Source of the DNA: an uncultured Vampirovibrionales bacterium
GTDB lineage: Bacteria; Cyanobacteriota; Vampirovibrionia; Vampirovibrionales; Vampirovibrionaceae
Reading direction: 5' to 3'
Length of the DNA stretch: 64,000 nucleotides
Assembly: GCA_964387265.1 (NCBI GenBank)
Contig: CAYLWC010000012.1
Coordinates: 2,737 to 66,736, forward strand
Shown here: piece by piece, positions 18,052-26,764 of the stretch
Layout of the letters: each line of letters opens with the position of its first letter
Position numbering within the stretch: the stretch's first letter is position 1
Notes under the pieces: model-generated
Told to the model about the DNA's origin: nothing
The model's database searches: none
Seen by the model: only the letters and a program-made list of their open reading frames with translations
Position numbers and translations under genes: made by a program

Positions 18052-18780
18052 TCACACCGGCTGATATGTATAAAAGCCCTGGCCGGTTTTCAAGCCCAGC
18101 TGGCCCGACTGCACCTTTTCTTGCAGCAAGCGCATGGGACGATACCGTTCTTCCCGGTAGCTTTGATACAAGTGCTCCAGAACGGAGAGAATCACATCGA
18201 GCCCCGCCTCATCGGCCCAGGCCAACGGACCTTGGGGATAGTTGGTTCCCAGTTTCATGGCCGTATCAATATCGGCTGGAGTGGCCACCCCTTCCATTAG
18301 GGCAGACGTGGCTTCATTGACCAAGAGAGCAACCGTCCGCCCTAAAATCAGACCCGGCGCATCCGGCACCGGCAGACAGGTGAGATTCAGGGCCTCAAAA
18401 AAGTTTTGACCTTGCTCCCAGCAAGCCACATTCCCGGTCGGCGGCGAGGCCAGCTCAATCACCGGGATATCCCGGTACAGGGGAAAAGGGCCATACGCCA
18501 GTGTGGTGGGGTGATAGACCAGCGCTTGATGCGCCGTCATGTTCAGGCCATTGACCAAGAGTAACGTTTCATGATCCAGATCCAAAAAGCGCAAAACCGA
18601 GGGTAAGGCATCGGGGACGCCGATCTGAAGGACCACCTCAAAAGACATTTGGGTCAAGGCTTCCGGGGACTCCTCCGACAACATCACCCAGTCCATTCCC
18701 GCCTGCTGGCATCGCTGCTTGAGGATTCGTGTAATAGGCTCCTGATCATCCCCCAGAAGCAACACCGATTTAGGCGTCAT
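18052..18780 (-). CDS. 3-hydroxyacyl-CoA dehydrogenase C-terminal-domain protein (PaaH C-terminal-extension-like)
   Basis: C-terminal half matches the 3HCDH C-terminal helical domain (…LGTNYPQGPLAWADEAGLDVILSVLEHLY…GFYTY). The N-terminal part lacks the GxGxxG NAD-binding motif. Overlaps the upstream HADH gene by 11 nt. Confidence 0.55.
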   Translation of the reverse strand: MTPKSVLLLGDDQEPITRILKQRCQQAGMDWVMLSEESPEALTQMSFEVVLQIGVPDALPSVLRFLDLDHETLLLVNGLNMTAHQALVYHPTTLAYGPFPLYRDIPVIELASPPTGNVACWEQGQNFFEALNLTCLPVPDAPGLILGRTVALLVNEATSALMEGVATPADIDTAMKLGTNYPQGPLAWADEAGLDVILSVLEHLYQSYREERYRPMRLLQEKVQSGQLGLKTGQGFYTYQPV

Positions 18781-19642
18781 AGCGGTAAAACCCCCGTCCG
18801 GTCTTGCGGCCCAACCAACCGGCTTCCACCATTTTTTGCTGAATAGGATGCGGCCGGTAGCGAGGCTCTTGGAAATAGGCGTTATAGACCGATTGGGTCA
18901 CGGCAAAATTAACATCAATGCCAATCAAATCCATCAGCTCAAACGGTCCCATCCGAAAGCCTCCCGCTTGCTTGAGGACCACATCGATCACCTCAACGGT
19001 TTCCAGCCCGCCCCCCTGTTCACCCAGGAGTTTAAGTGACTCACTGTAAAAGGGCCGGGCCACCCGGTTGACAATAAACCCTGGCGTGTCCTGGGCCAAG
19101 ACCGGGGTTTTCCCCAGGGATTGGGCAAAGGCGGTTAATGCTTCCACCGTCTCTGGCGCCGTTTGCTTGCCTTGAATGACTTCTACCAGCTTCATTAAGG
19201 GCACGGGGTTAAAAAAATGCAAGCCCGCCACGTGTCCAGGACGCCCTGTGGCCCCGCACAAGGCCGTAATGGAAAAAGACGAGGTGTTGCTGGCAAAGTA
19301 GGTTGTTGGTGGGCAGATTTTATCCAACGCCTGAAAGAGCTGCTGCTTTAAGGCCAGGTCTTCCGGCACCGCCTCAATCACCAGATCCACCCCAGCCATG
19401 GCGTTCAGCTCGGTGGTGGGGCGCAAATTCGCTTGAACTTGTTGGATCTCCGCTTCGGTGACCTTCCCTTTGGCCCGGCCCTTTTCCAGAAACGTGTTGA
19501 TGCGCGATTGAGCCCGATCCAGAAACTCGGCCTTGACATCATACAGCACCACCGGATAGCCCGCCTGAGCCGTCACCTGGGCAATACCTGCCCCCATGGT
19601 CCCGGCCCCTAAAACCCCGACGGTGTTAAACCGATTCGTCAT
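18770..19642 (-). CDS. 3-hydroxyacyl-CoA / 3-hydroxybutyryl-CoA dehydrogenase (PaaH/Hbd-like)
   Basis: N-terminal VGVLGAGTMGAGIAQ Rossmann motif followed by the 3HCDH C-terminal domain. 290 aa. Confidence 0.85.
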   Translation of the reverse strand: MTNRFNTVGVLGAGTMGAGIAQVTAQAGYPVVLYDVKAEFLDRAQSRINTFLEKGRAKGKVTEAEIQQVQANLRPTTELNAMAGVDLVIEAVPEDLALKQQLFQALDKICPPTTYFASNTSSFSITALCGATGRPGHVAGLHFFNPVPLMKLVEVIQGKQTAPETVEALTAFAQSLGKTPVLAQDTPGFIVNRVARPFYSESLKLLGEQGGGLETVEVIDVVLKQAGGFRMGPFELMDLIGIDVNFAVTQSVYNAYFQEPRYRPHPIQQKMVEAGWLGRKTGRGFYRYDA

Positions 19643-20426
19643 AATCGGGGGTCCACTCCGGTAACGTCAACCCGGTGCCTTCCAGGGCCTTTTCAATATC
19701 GGCCTTAAAGGCGTTCCGCACCTCGTCATTATCCCGCTTTTTCAGGCCAAACTGCCGATAAATCTTGTTTTTTCGGGAGCCGGGGCGGCCAAAAATATTC
19801 ATGGTTCGAGGGTACCATTTATTGAGCGCCGCTTGCACCTCATCTTTGGTGACCGGATCGGCGGCCAGTTTTCGTACCCAGGTGTCCCCATGATTGACAT
19901 GCATCATTTCTTCTTTAAAGATCCCCTGAATGGTCCGAACCCATGGGGCGTAACTGCAATCGAGGGCATCTTCCAGCTGATGGCCAGCGCCTCGATCCAT
20001 GCAGAAATTAAACATAATAAAATCGGTCCAGGTTTCAATGGGGTAATAAAAGATATTCACCCGCTTGTCGTCTGAAGCCCGCTGAGTCCCCAGATTGGCG
20101 TTTTCATCGGTAATACGCATGCTCAGCGTGTCATCGAGTTTGGCAATCCGCTCATCCACTTCCACACCCAGATCTTTTAGCAACTTGAACATCCGGTAGG
20201 CGTGATTAACCTCATCTTTCACGATTTGGGCCACCAGGAGCTTTTCATGAATATCGGGGGCCTTCTCAATCCAGGGCACATAGCCATACGCCCCCGACAG
20301 TTCTGAATCGGCCTGCTGCAACATCAGGTTCACCAGCGCCTCGCGGTATTCGGCCGGAACCGGCTCATCGGCTTCCACCTTGTAGCCTTGCCGGAGCTTT
20401 TCAACAAACGCCTCTGTCGTCGTCAT
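19626..20426 (-). CDS. PaaA/PaaC-family ferritin-like di-iron oxygenase subunit (phenylacetyl-CoA epoxidase catalytic-subunit-like)
   Basis: By eye, pattern similarity to E. coli PaaA through the di-iron helices (…WIEKAPDIHEKLLVAQIVKDEVNHAYRMFKLL…, …FKEEMMHVNHGDTW…). No paaB/C/D/E genes adjacent. Confidence 0.5.
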   Translation of the reverse strand: MTTTEAFVEKLRQGYKVEADEPVPAEYREALVNLMLQQADSELSGAYGYVPWIEKAPDIHEKLLVAQIVKDEVNHAYRMFKLLKDLGVEVDERIAKLDDTLSMRITDENANLGTQRASDDKRVNIFYYPIETWTDFIMFNFCMDRGAGHQLEDALDCSYAPWVRTIQGIFKEEMMHVNHGDTWVRKLAADPVTKDEVQAALNKWYPRTMNIFGRPGSRKNKIYRQFGLKKRDNDEVRNAFKADIEKALEGTGLTLPEWTPDYDESV

Positions 20427-20459
20427 GGGAGATCCTCCGTGTTTTCTTTCATGATAGCG

Positions 20460-21287
20460 CTATTTACCGCTAAATTGGGCCACCCGTTTTTCCAGAAAGG
20501 CCGAGACCCCTTCCTGGTAATCATCGGTTCGCCCGGCAATTTCCTGAAGGCTGGCCTCATAGCCCAGATACCGTTCCAGTTCCATGCCCATGGCCAGCCG
20601 TACTGCCCGCTTCATCAAGCCCAGCGCCTTGGTGGGCCCCTGGGCCAACTGTTCCGCCAGCACTTGGGTGGTGGCTTTTAGCTCTGTCTCCGGCACCACC
20701 CGGTTGATCAGGCCCCATTGGAGCGCGGTGGGTGCGTCAATTTTCTCCCCCAGCATCATCATCTCCATGGCTCGTCCCAGTCCTGCCAGACGAGGAAGAA
20801 GCCAGCAGGCCCCGGAATCGGGAATCAGGCCGACTTTGACAAAGGCCTGAATCAAGCTGGCCTTTTCAGACGCCACCCGGAGATCGCAGGCAAAGGCTAG
20901 GCTCGCCCCAGCGCCTGCGGCGACGCCATTGATCATGGCAATCACCGGCTTTTCCATCGTATGGAGCTTGTGAATAATGGGGGCGTAACGCTTTTCGATG
21001 GATTCTCCTAAATGCGGCCGTTGTCCATTGGTCGCCCCCACGCTGCGGCTTTTGAGATCTTGCCCCGCGCAAAAGCCTTTGCCGGCCCCGGTCATCACCA
21101 GACAGCGAACCTGCTTGTCTTTTTCCGCTTCTTTCAGGGCCTTTTGCAGCTCGAAGCTCAGCTCATCGTTAAAGGCGTTGAGCGCCTCCGGCCGGTTGAG
21201 GGTCAGCCACAAGACGCCAGAATCATGAACCTCATAGAGCAGGTGTTCATACATCGTGATTGCCCTTTCCTTTATTGTCCCTTCCAA
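20460..21287 (-). CDS. Enoyl-CoA hydratase/isomerase (crotonase fold; PaaG-like)
   Basis: Crotonase motifs (…LNRPEALNAF…, …GAGKGFCAGQDLK…). Confidence 0.75.
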   Translation of the reverse strand: MEGTIKERAITMYEHLLYEVHDSGVLWLTLNRPEALNAFNDELSFELQKALKEAEKDKQVRCLVMTGAGKGFCAGQDLKSRSVGATNGQRPHLGESIEKRYAPIIHKLHTMEKPVIAMINGVAAGAGASLAFACDLRVASEKASLIQAFVKVGLIPDSGACWLLPRLAGLGRAMEMMMLGEKIDAPTALQWGLINRVVPETELKATTQVLAEQLAQGPTKALGLMKRAVRLAMGMELERYLGYEASLQEIAGRTDDYQEGVSAFLEKRVAQFSGK

Positions 21288-22063
21288 GTAGGCTGACGTT
21301 TTTCCATAAAGGCTTTCATGCCTTCTTTCTGGTCTTCGGAGGCAAACAGCAGGTAAAAGAGCTTACGCTCATAATCCAAACCCAGCTCAATGGTGGTGTC
21401 AAAGGCTTTTAAAATCGCCTCTTTACCCAAACGCACCGCCATGGCCGGTTTCGTGGCAATGGTTTTTGCTAAAGCCTGAGCTTCTTCCAGACAAAGTTCC
21501 GGCATCACCACCTTGTTAATGAGGCCCATCTCCAGGGCTTCCTGGGCGCTAAACTGACGACCGGTTAAAATCAACTCCATGGCCTTGGCTTTTCCCACCG
21601 CTCGAGTGAGCCGTTGTGTGCCTCCAGCGCCCGGAATCACCCCAATACCAATTTCCGGCTGGCCAAAGCGGGCGGTTTCTCCGGCGATAATCATGTCACA
21701 CATCATCGCCAGTTCACACCCACCCCCCAAGCAAAAGCCATTGACCGCCGCAATGACCGGCTTTTTCAGTTTCCGGATCCGGTCCCAGCGGGCCAGTTGA
21801 TCTTGGATCAGCATATCCATCGCCGAGGCTTCCGCCATCCGCTTAATATCGGCCCCGGCGGCAAAGGCCCGCTCATTGCCGGTAATCACCAGGCAACCAA
21901 TGGCAGGATCCTGTTCAAAGGCTTCTAAAGCATCCACCAGTTCCGCCATCAGATCCGGGCTGAGCGCGTTTAAGGCCTCTGGGCGATTGAGCTGGAGAAC
22001 CCCTACCCCATCGGCCTGATGGACCAGGATGTATTGATATTGCGTGGTTGTCACCGCCATCAC
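21272..22063 (-). CDS. Enoyl-CoA hydratase (crotonase fold; PaaF-like)
   Basis: …LNRPEALNAL…ITGNERAFAAGADIKRM… Overlaps the neighbouring gene by 16 nt. Confidence 0.75.
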   Translation of the reverse strand: MMAVTTTQYQYILVHQADGVGVLQLNRPEALNALSPDLMAELVDALEAFEQDPAIGCLVITGNERAFAAGADIKRMAEASAMDMLIQDQLARWDRIRKLKKPVIAAVNGFCLGGGCELAMMCDMIIAGETARFGQPEIGIGVIPGAGGTQRLTRAVGKAKAMELILTGRQFSAQEALEMGLINKVVMPELCLEEAQALAKTIATKPAMAVRLGKEAILKAFDTTIELGLDYERKLFYLLFASEDQKEGMKAFMEKRQPTWKGQ

Positions 22064-22079
22064 TCAACTCCCCCTGTGA

Positions 22080-22967
22080 TTACTGCTTCAAGTTTTCCCG
22101 AATTTGACGATAGTTGGTTTTCCGCTTTTCCACAAACGCGGAGGCGCCCTCAATGGCCTCCTCACTGCCTGCATGGATACTCAGCCAGTCCCGAGCATGG
22201 CTGATGGTCATCCCCCAGGAAAAATCCCGCCAAAAGTTCAGCTGTTGCTTGGTATAGCGGGTGCATTCCGGCAGTTTATCCAGCAGTTTGTCGGCCATGG
22301 CTTCTACCGCTTCATCGAGCTTTTCTCGGGGCACCACTTGATTGACCCAGCCCCACTCCAGGGCCTTTTGCGCCGGGAACTCTTCACACAATAAGAGAAT
22401 CTCTCTTGCCCGGCGATCGCCCACAATCAACGGCAGCCACTGGGTGGCCCCGGCTGCGGCGACTGAGCCATGAGCGGCGCCCACCTGGCGCAGGTAAATA
22501 TCATCGGCGGCAATGGCCAGATCACAAGCGATATTCAGCTCATTACCCCCACCCACCACAATGCCGTTAAGCCGGGCAATGGTGGGTTTGCCAAAATTCC
22601 GGAGCTTTTCATGGAGATCGATAAAGCCGCCCATCCACTTCCAGTAGTCTCGGGGGCGCTCGCCAAAGTACTCATACTGCTCTTTCATATCGGCCCCCGT
22701 ACAAAAGGCCTTGTCCCCAGCCCCGGTTAAAATCAACACCCCCACCTCATCGTCCCAGGAGGCGTCTTCCAACGCGCGGGTAATCTCTTTAAAGCTTTGG
22801 AAGTTAAACGCGTTGTAGCGTTCCGGGCGGTTGAGGGTAATCTTGGCCCGACCGTTGTATTTCTCATAAATAATGCTTTCAAAGCCAAACGAATCCGGCT
22901 GTTGGGGTTGAATTCCCGGATGTTTCACTTTTTGTTGGGTCATATCAGGACACCTCAGCCGGGACAA
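22080..22967 (-). CDS. MenB/BadI-family crotonase (1,4-dihydroxy-2-naphthoyl-CoA synthase-like / 2-ketocyclohexanecarboxyl-CoA hydrolase-like)
   Basis: By eye, pattern similarity to MenB (…GGGNELNIACDLAIAADD…QVG…GS…AREILLLCEEFPAQKALEWGWVNQVVP…AFVEKRK…). No other men genes in the window. Confidence 0.55.
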   Translation of the reverse strand: MSRLRCPDMTQQKVKHPGIQPQQPDSFGFESIIYEKYNGRAKITLNRPERYNAFNFQSFKEITRALEDASWDDEVGVLILTGAGDKAFCTGADMKEQYEYFGERPRDYWKWMGGFIDLHEKLRNFGKPTIARLNGIVVGGGNELNIACDLAIAADDIYLRQVGAAHGSVAAAGATQWLPLIVGDRRAREILLLCEEFPAQKALEWGWVNQVVPREKLDEAVEAMADKLLDKLPECTRYTKQQLNFWRDFSWGMTISHARDWLSIHAGSEEAIEGASAFVEKRKTNYRQIRENLKQ

Positions 22968-23271
22968 TGGGCTCTGCCGTCAGCATGGTAATGTTTTTAG
23001 CGGCAAAGCTCATAATATTAGCCCCGGCGGCTTGGCCTTCAGGAGATTTCATGGCCGCTTTCAAGGACTCCATGCTGTCAAAATACATTTCCGCCATCAT
23101 GTAGTAAGGAGAATCCCCGCCCATGAAATTGCCTCGAAACTTGGTCACTTCCACCTGTTTGAGCCCCGGCATTTTTTTTACCAGCGGCACATGGACCTCA
23201 AAATACTCTTGATCAAACGATGCCGGATCGGCCGGATGGGTGTAGAGCGCAATCAACTTGGCACGGGCCAT
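22945..23271 (-). CDS. EthD-domain protein (stress-responsive alpha/beta-barrel family)
   Basis: Internal ATG with a strong SD (CAGGGAGGGAATATAAAAATG). About 108 aa with an EthD-like pattern. Confidence 0.5.
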   Translation of the reverse strand: MARAKLIALYTHPADPASFDQEYFEVHVPLVKKMPGLKQVEVTKFRGNFMGGDSPYYMMAEMYFDSMESLKAAMKSPEGQAAGANIMSFAAKNITMLTAEPIVPAEVS

Positions 23272-23351
23272 TTTTATATTCCCTCCCTGAAATAAGACAT
23301 TTCCACTTGAGCCGATATTGTCGCACAAACACCAGGCCCTCTACAAGCCAC

Positions 23352-24242
23352 TTAGAGCAGGCTCGGGAAGCCGGATAACTGGACTTCCAACTGCCGGGCA
23401 AATCGCTCCAGAGCAGCACGCGTCACCGTCATACAAGCCGATGAAGAGGTCACCGCCCCTTTCTCTTGAGCCGGGATCATCAGATTCAAGCTGACCTGCA
23501 CGTCCGATCCCTGGGTTATTGCCTGCACCTGCAACACCGACTCTAAAAAGTCGCTCCGAAAATCATCCGTTCCCCGATTTATCACCTGTATCAGCCCCTG
23601 AATTAGCTCTTCCACTTCATAACGCAGCAGAAACGGGGCTTTGTACAAAAGCTCCGGCTGGTCTTCCTGGAAGAGCGTCATTTCACACACCAACCATTCA
23701 TCATAGCGGGTACAAGGCAAGCGGCTTTCCCACTTCAGCAAGACCAAGCCAAACTGGGTTTTACCATCCCGGCTATCCAGAATAGCCCGGTCCACTCCCG
23801 CATCATACAAGCTTGATTCGCTTAAACCCTCGCTGGCTTGACTTTTATCGGAGACAGCCGGAATCACCCCAGCATATAAAGCCGCCACTTGCACCAAGCC
23901 TTGTACTACTGTGCCTTCCCCCACCAGGGTGTTTTCATGCCAGACGGCCACTTGGCTGGTCACACGCTTTGGCTCAATCAGGGTCACGGTGGATTGAATG
24001 CGAAGTTTTGCCCCCAGCGGTGCAGATGCGCGATGATGGACATCCACATGCGCTCCCACCCCTTCCTCACCCGGTTCCAGATACGGTAGAATATGCTGTC
24101 GGGCCGCCCATTCCATATGATAGACCATGGCTGAAGTAGCATACAGCGGATGCACCGGCTGTCCTTCAAATTGAGCCAACATGTCCTCGGTCACGACGGC
24201 CTGAAGCTCAACCTGATGACCCACTAATAATCCCGCTTTCAT
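23352..24242 (-). CDS. Two-domain protein: N-terminal hotdog-fold thioesterase-like domain plus C-terminal domain of unknown function
   Basis: N-terminal segment (…VHPLYATSAMVYHMEWAARQHILPYLEPGEEGVGAHVDVHHRASAPLG…) resembles 4HBT/FlK-type acyl-CoA thioesterases. The C-terminal ~150 aa is unassigned. Confidence 0.45.
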   Translation of the reverse strand: MKAGLLVGHQVELQAVVTEDMLAQFEGQPVHPLYATSAMVYHMEWAARQHILPYLEPGEEGVGAHVDVHHRASAPLGAKLRIQSTVTLIEPKRVTSQVAVWHENTLVGEGTVVQGLVQVAALYAGVIPAVSDKSQASEGLSESSLYDAGVDRAILDSRDGKTQFGLVLLKWESRLPCTRYDEWLVCEMTLFQEDQPELLYKAPFLLRYEVEELIQGLIQVINRGTDDFRSDFLESVLQVQAITQGSDVQVSLNLMIPAQEKGAVTSSSACMTVTRAALERFARQLEVQLSGFPSLL

Positions 24243-24247
24243 AGTCC

Positions 24248-25543
24248 CTATCCCTCCTCTCTCCGGTAGGCCTCCGCCAAAATCTCAATGGGATGGCGCA
24301 CCGACATGAGAATCCCCAGTTGCTGGAGCCCATGGGCAATTTGCAACATGCACCCTGGGTTCCCAGTCACCACCGTCTCAGCACCGGTTTGCTCATAGAG
24401 ATTTTTCAGGTGCTCAATTTTTCCGGCCAAAATCTCCTGACTCAGAACCGGGTGCTCAATGTTATACACTCCCGCACTGCCGCAGCAGGCGTCAAATTCA
24501 GTCAGCGGTACCAGGGTCAGCCCTGGCACTTGGGCCAGCAAGCGAACGGGCTCCTCTTTGATTTTTTGCACATGGTACAGGTGACAGGCGGCATGATAGG
24601 TCAGGGTTTTTTTCAGGGGCTTTGCAAACGGCTTCAGCTTACGTTTGGCCAACAGTTCCATAACATCCACCACTTTGGCGGAAAACTCCCGGACCCGGTC
24701 CCGATACAGTTCGGCCAACAACTGCTCATACGCCTTCATCGTCGAGCCGCATCCAGCGGAGTTCACCACAATCCATTTGAGGTTATGATCCAACAACAGC
24801 TTCAGATTCTGAAGAGCCAGCTCACGGGTAATATCCGTCTCTCCAGCATGATGCCCCAAGGCGCCGCAGCAGGTTTGTTCAGGAATCGTGACAAAATACC
24901 CGTTGGCCACCAGCACCTCGATGGTATCCCAATGGACCGGGTTATAAAATACGTCCATGACGCAGCCGGTAAAAAGTGCGACTTTTTCCCCGGACGGATT
25001 CCCAAAGGTCATGCCCGCTTCCAACTTTTTGATCTCAGGGATTTCCGGTAACAGCGCTTCTCGAATCGCCATGCCAGGAAGCAATTTCAGGATGCCCGTC
25101 TTTCGAAGCACCCTTTGCAGACCGCTCTTTTGATAAAAGCGGAGCAAGGATCCCAGCCTCATCAGCAAAGAATGATTGGGCAGGATGTGTTTTAAGATCC
25201 AGCGTTTCACCCATCGTTGAAGCGATCGGTTTTCCTGGTTTAACGCCTCCCGGCTGGCAATCAACAATTCTCCATAATGCACCCCAGACGGACAGGCGGT
25301 TTCACAGGCATGACATGCTAAACAGGGATCCAGATGGCGGGAGAGTTGCTGAGGATCAGACAACTCCCCTTCCAGCATACTACGCATCAGATACAGACGC
25401 CCTCGGGGAGATTCCGCCTCTGACCCCGTCACACGGTATGTCGGACACGCTGATAAACACATGCCACAATGAATACAAGCTTTCAGCTTATCCAATTCCA
25501 GGTTTAAATTCATTTTTGGGGGGTGGGACATCTCATTATCCAT
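24248..25543 (-). CDS. glcF: Fe-S oxidoreductase, GlcF-like (glycolate oxidase iron-sulfur subunit family)
   Basis: N-terminal 2x[4Fe-4S] motifs (CIHCGMCLSACPTY… CLACHACETACP). Two CCG cysteine-rich domains. Confidence 0.7.
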   Translation of the reverse strand: MDNEMSHPPKMNLNLELDKLKACIHCGMCLSACPTYRVTGSEAESPRGRLYLMRSMLEGELSDPQQLSRHLDPCLACHACETACPSGVHYGELLIASREALNQENRSLQRWVKRWILKHILPNHSLLMRLGSLLRFYQKSGLQRVLRKTGILKLLPGMAIREALLPEIPEIKKLEAGMTFGNPSGEKVALFTGCVMDVFYNPVHWDTIEVLVANGYFVTIPEQTCCGALGHHAGETDITRELALQNLKLLLDHNLKWIVVNSAGCGSTMKAYEQLLAELYRDRVREFSAKVVDVMELLAKRKLKPFAKPLKKTLTYHAACHLYHVQKIKEEPVRLLAQVPGLTLVPLTEFDACCGSAGVYNIEHPVLSQEILAGKIEHLKNLYEQTGAETVVTGNPGCMLQIAHGLQQLGILMSVRHPIEILAEAYRREEG

Positions 25544-25546
25544 TTT

Positions 25547-26764
25547 TTATACCAGGGGGAGCATGCGACTGACCAGGATCTGTTGGGGATCATAGCTGAG
25601 TTTAATCCGGGACATCCACTGTCGAAGCACCCGATCAGAAGGCAAGTTATACAGACGCACCAGAGACTCGTATGGTTCCAGACATTTTAAAATCCGAAAT
25701 ACCGCACCCCAAGTAACAGCAGCCCTAGATAGTTCCTCCAGGGCCTTTTCTAAATCCGATGGCAGCGGCAAGTGTTCTATCCAAACCATCGTTATCAAGC
25801 TAGCCGCCGGTCGTATAAAAATCTGATCCGGTTGACACGGACTGGCCTCCATCTGTTCCAGCGCCGCATGCACTTTTCCGTCTGGCAACGCCATTTCGAT
25901 TATCAATGGCGCATTCCAACTAGCTTGCCACCGCTCAAATAACGTCTGTTCCTCATGTTTTTTCAAAGGTTGGGCCCCCACACTGCCTAGGTCCAGCCCA
26001 CCCAAGACGGATCCCGCCTCTTTCAACACCGACGCTTCCCCAGCCATCCGCAGATAAAGCTGAGCTGCAGCCCCCGAATCAGCATACACTTCGCATTGGG
26101 TCAACGGGAGCGCCTCGTTTAAAATCCGGGTGGCCGCATTCAGGGCTTTTTCTGGATAATCAAAGCCAAATACCCAACTCTTTCGCGCTGCCGCCTTCGC
26201 CTTGAGCTTTAAGACAACAGCGGTCATCACGCCCAACATGTGGTAACTGCCCACGTACAACTTATTAAAATCATACCCGGCCACGTTTTTGACCACTTGC
26301 CCACCGCTATGGGTAATCAGCCCATCAGGGGTAGCAATTTCCAAGCCCAGCACCCAGTCTCTGGGATAACCATACAAGCCAGCTTCCAACGCCAGGCACT
26401 CTTCCGCCAAAATATCGGATACGGTCCAATCCGGCGGGTAGCTGTGCGGAAAGACTTGCTGATGCTGGGCGGTGATTTTTTCCAGCGCACTAGCGGTGAT
26501 ACCCGTTTCCACATGGAGCGTCAGATCTTCTGCCCGATAAGACCGGACGGCGCACAGATCCGATAAGTCCAACCAAAACGGCGTTGCCATTTTTTGCGCT
26601 TCATACCACGATACGGCCATAGGAACCTGCCGGTCCGCAGCCTGCTTTAACAGCTGAGCGACTTGTTCAGCCGTTTGAGGCCGGGCACGCCAACCGTCTT
26701 TCCCGGTCAAGGTCATGGGCTCTACCGGAAAGTCCAGACTTGTCAAAGGACAGGCTAAATCCAT
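25547..26764 (-). CDS. glcE: FAD-binding PCMH-type oxidase subunit, GlcE-like
   Basis: Divergent FAD-binding domain. Sits between glcD-like and glcF-like genes with small overlaps. Confidence 0.55.
   Translation of the reverse strand: MDLACPLTSLDFPVEPMTLTGKDGWRARPQTAEQVAQLLKQAADRQVPMAVSWYEAQKMATPFWLDLSDLCAVRSYRAEDLTLHVETGITASALEKITAQHQQVFPHSYPPDWTVSDILAEECLALEAGLYGYPRDWVLGLEIATPDGLITHSGGQVVKNVAGYDFNKLYVGSYHMLGVMTAVVLKLKAKAAARKSWVFGFDYPEKALNAATRILNEALPLTQCEVYADSGAAAQLYLRMAGEASVLKEAGSVLGGLDLGSVGAQPLKKHEEQTLFERWQASWNAPLIIEMALPDGKVHAALEQMEASPCQPDQIFIRPAASLITMVWIEHLPLPSDLEKALEELSRAAVTWGAVFRILKCLEPYESLVRLYNLPSDRVLRQWMSRIKLSYDPQQILVSRMLPLV

Noticed and set aside
24293-25051. 252-aa + strand ORF inside the glcF-like gene
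   Set aside because: Antisense to a gene with clear Fe-S motifs. The translation is Gln/His-rich and low-complexity.
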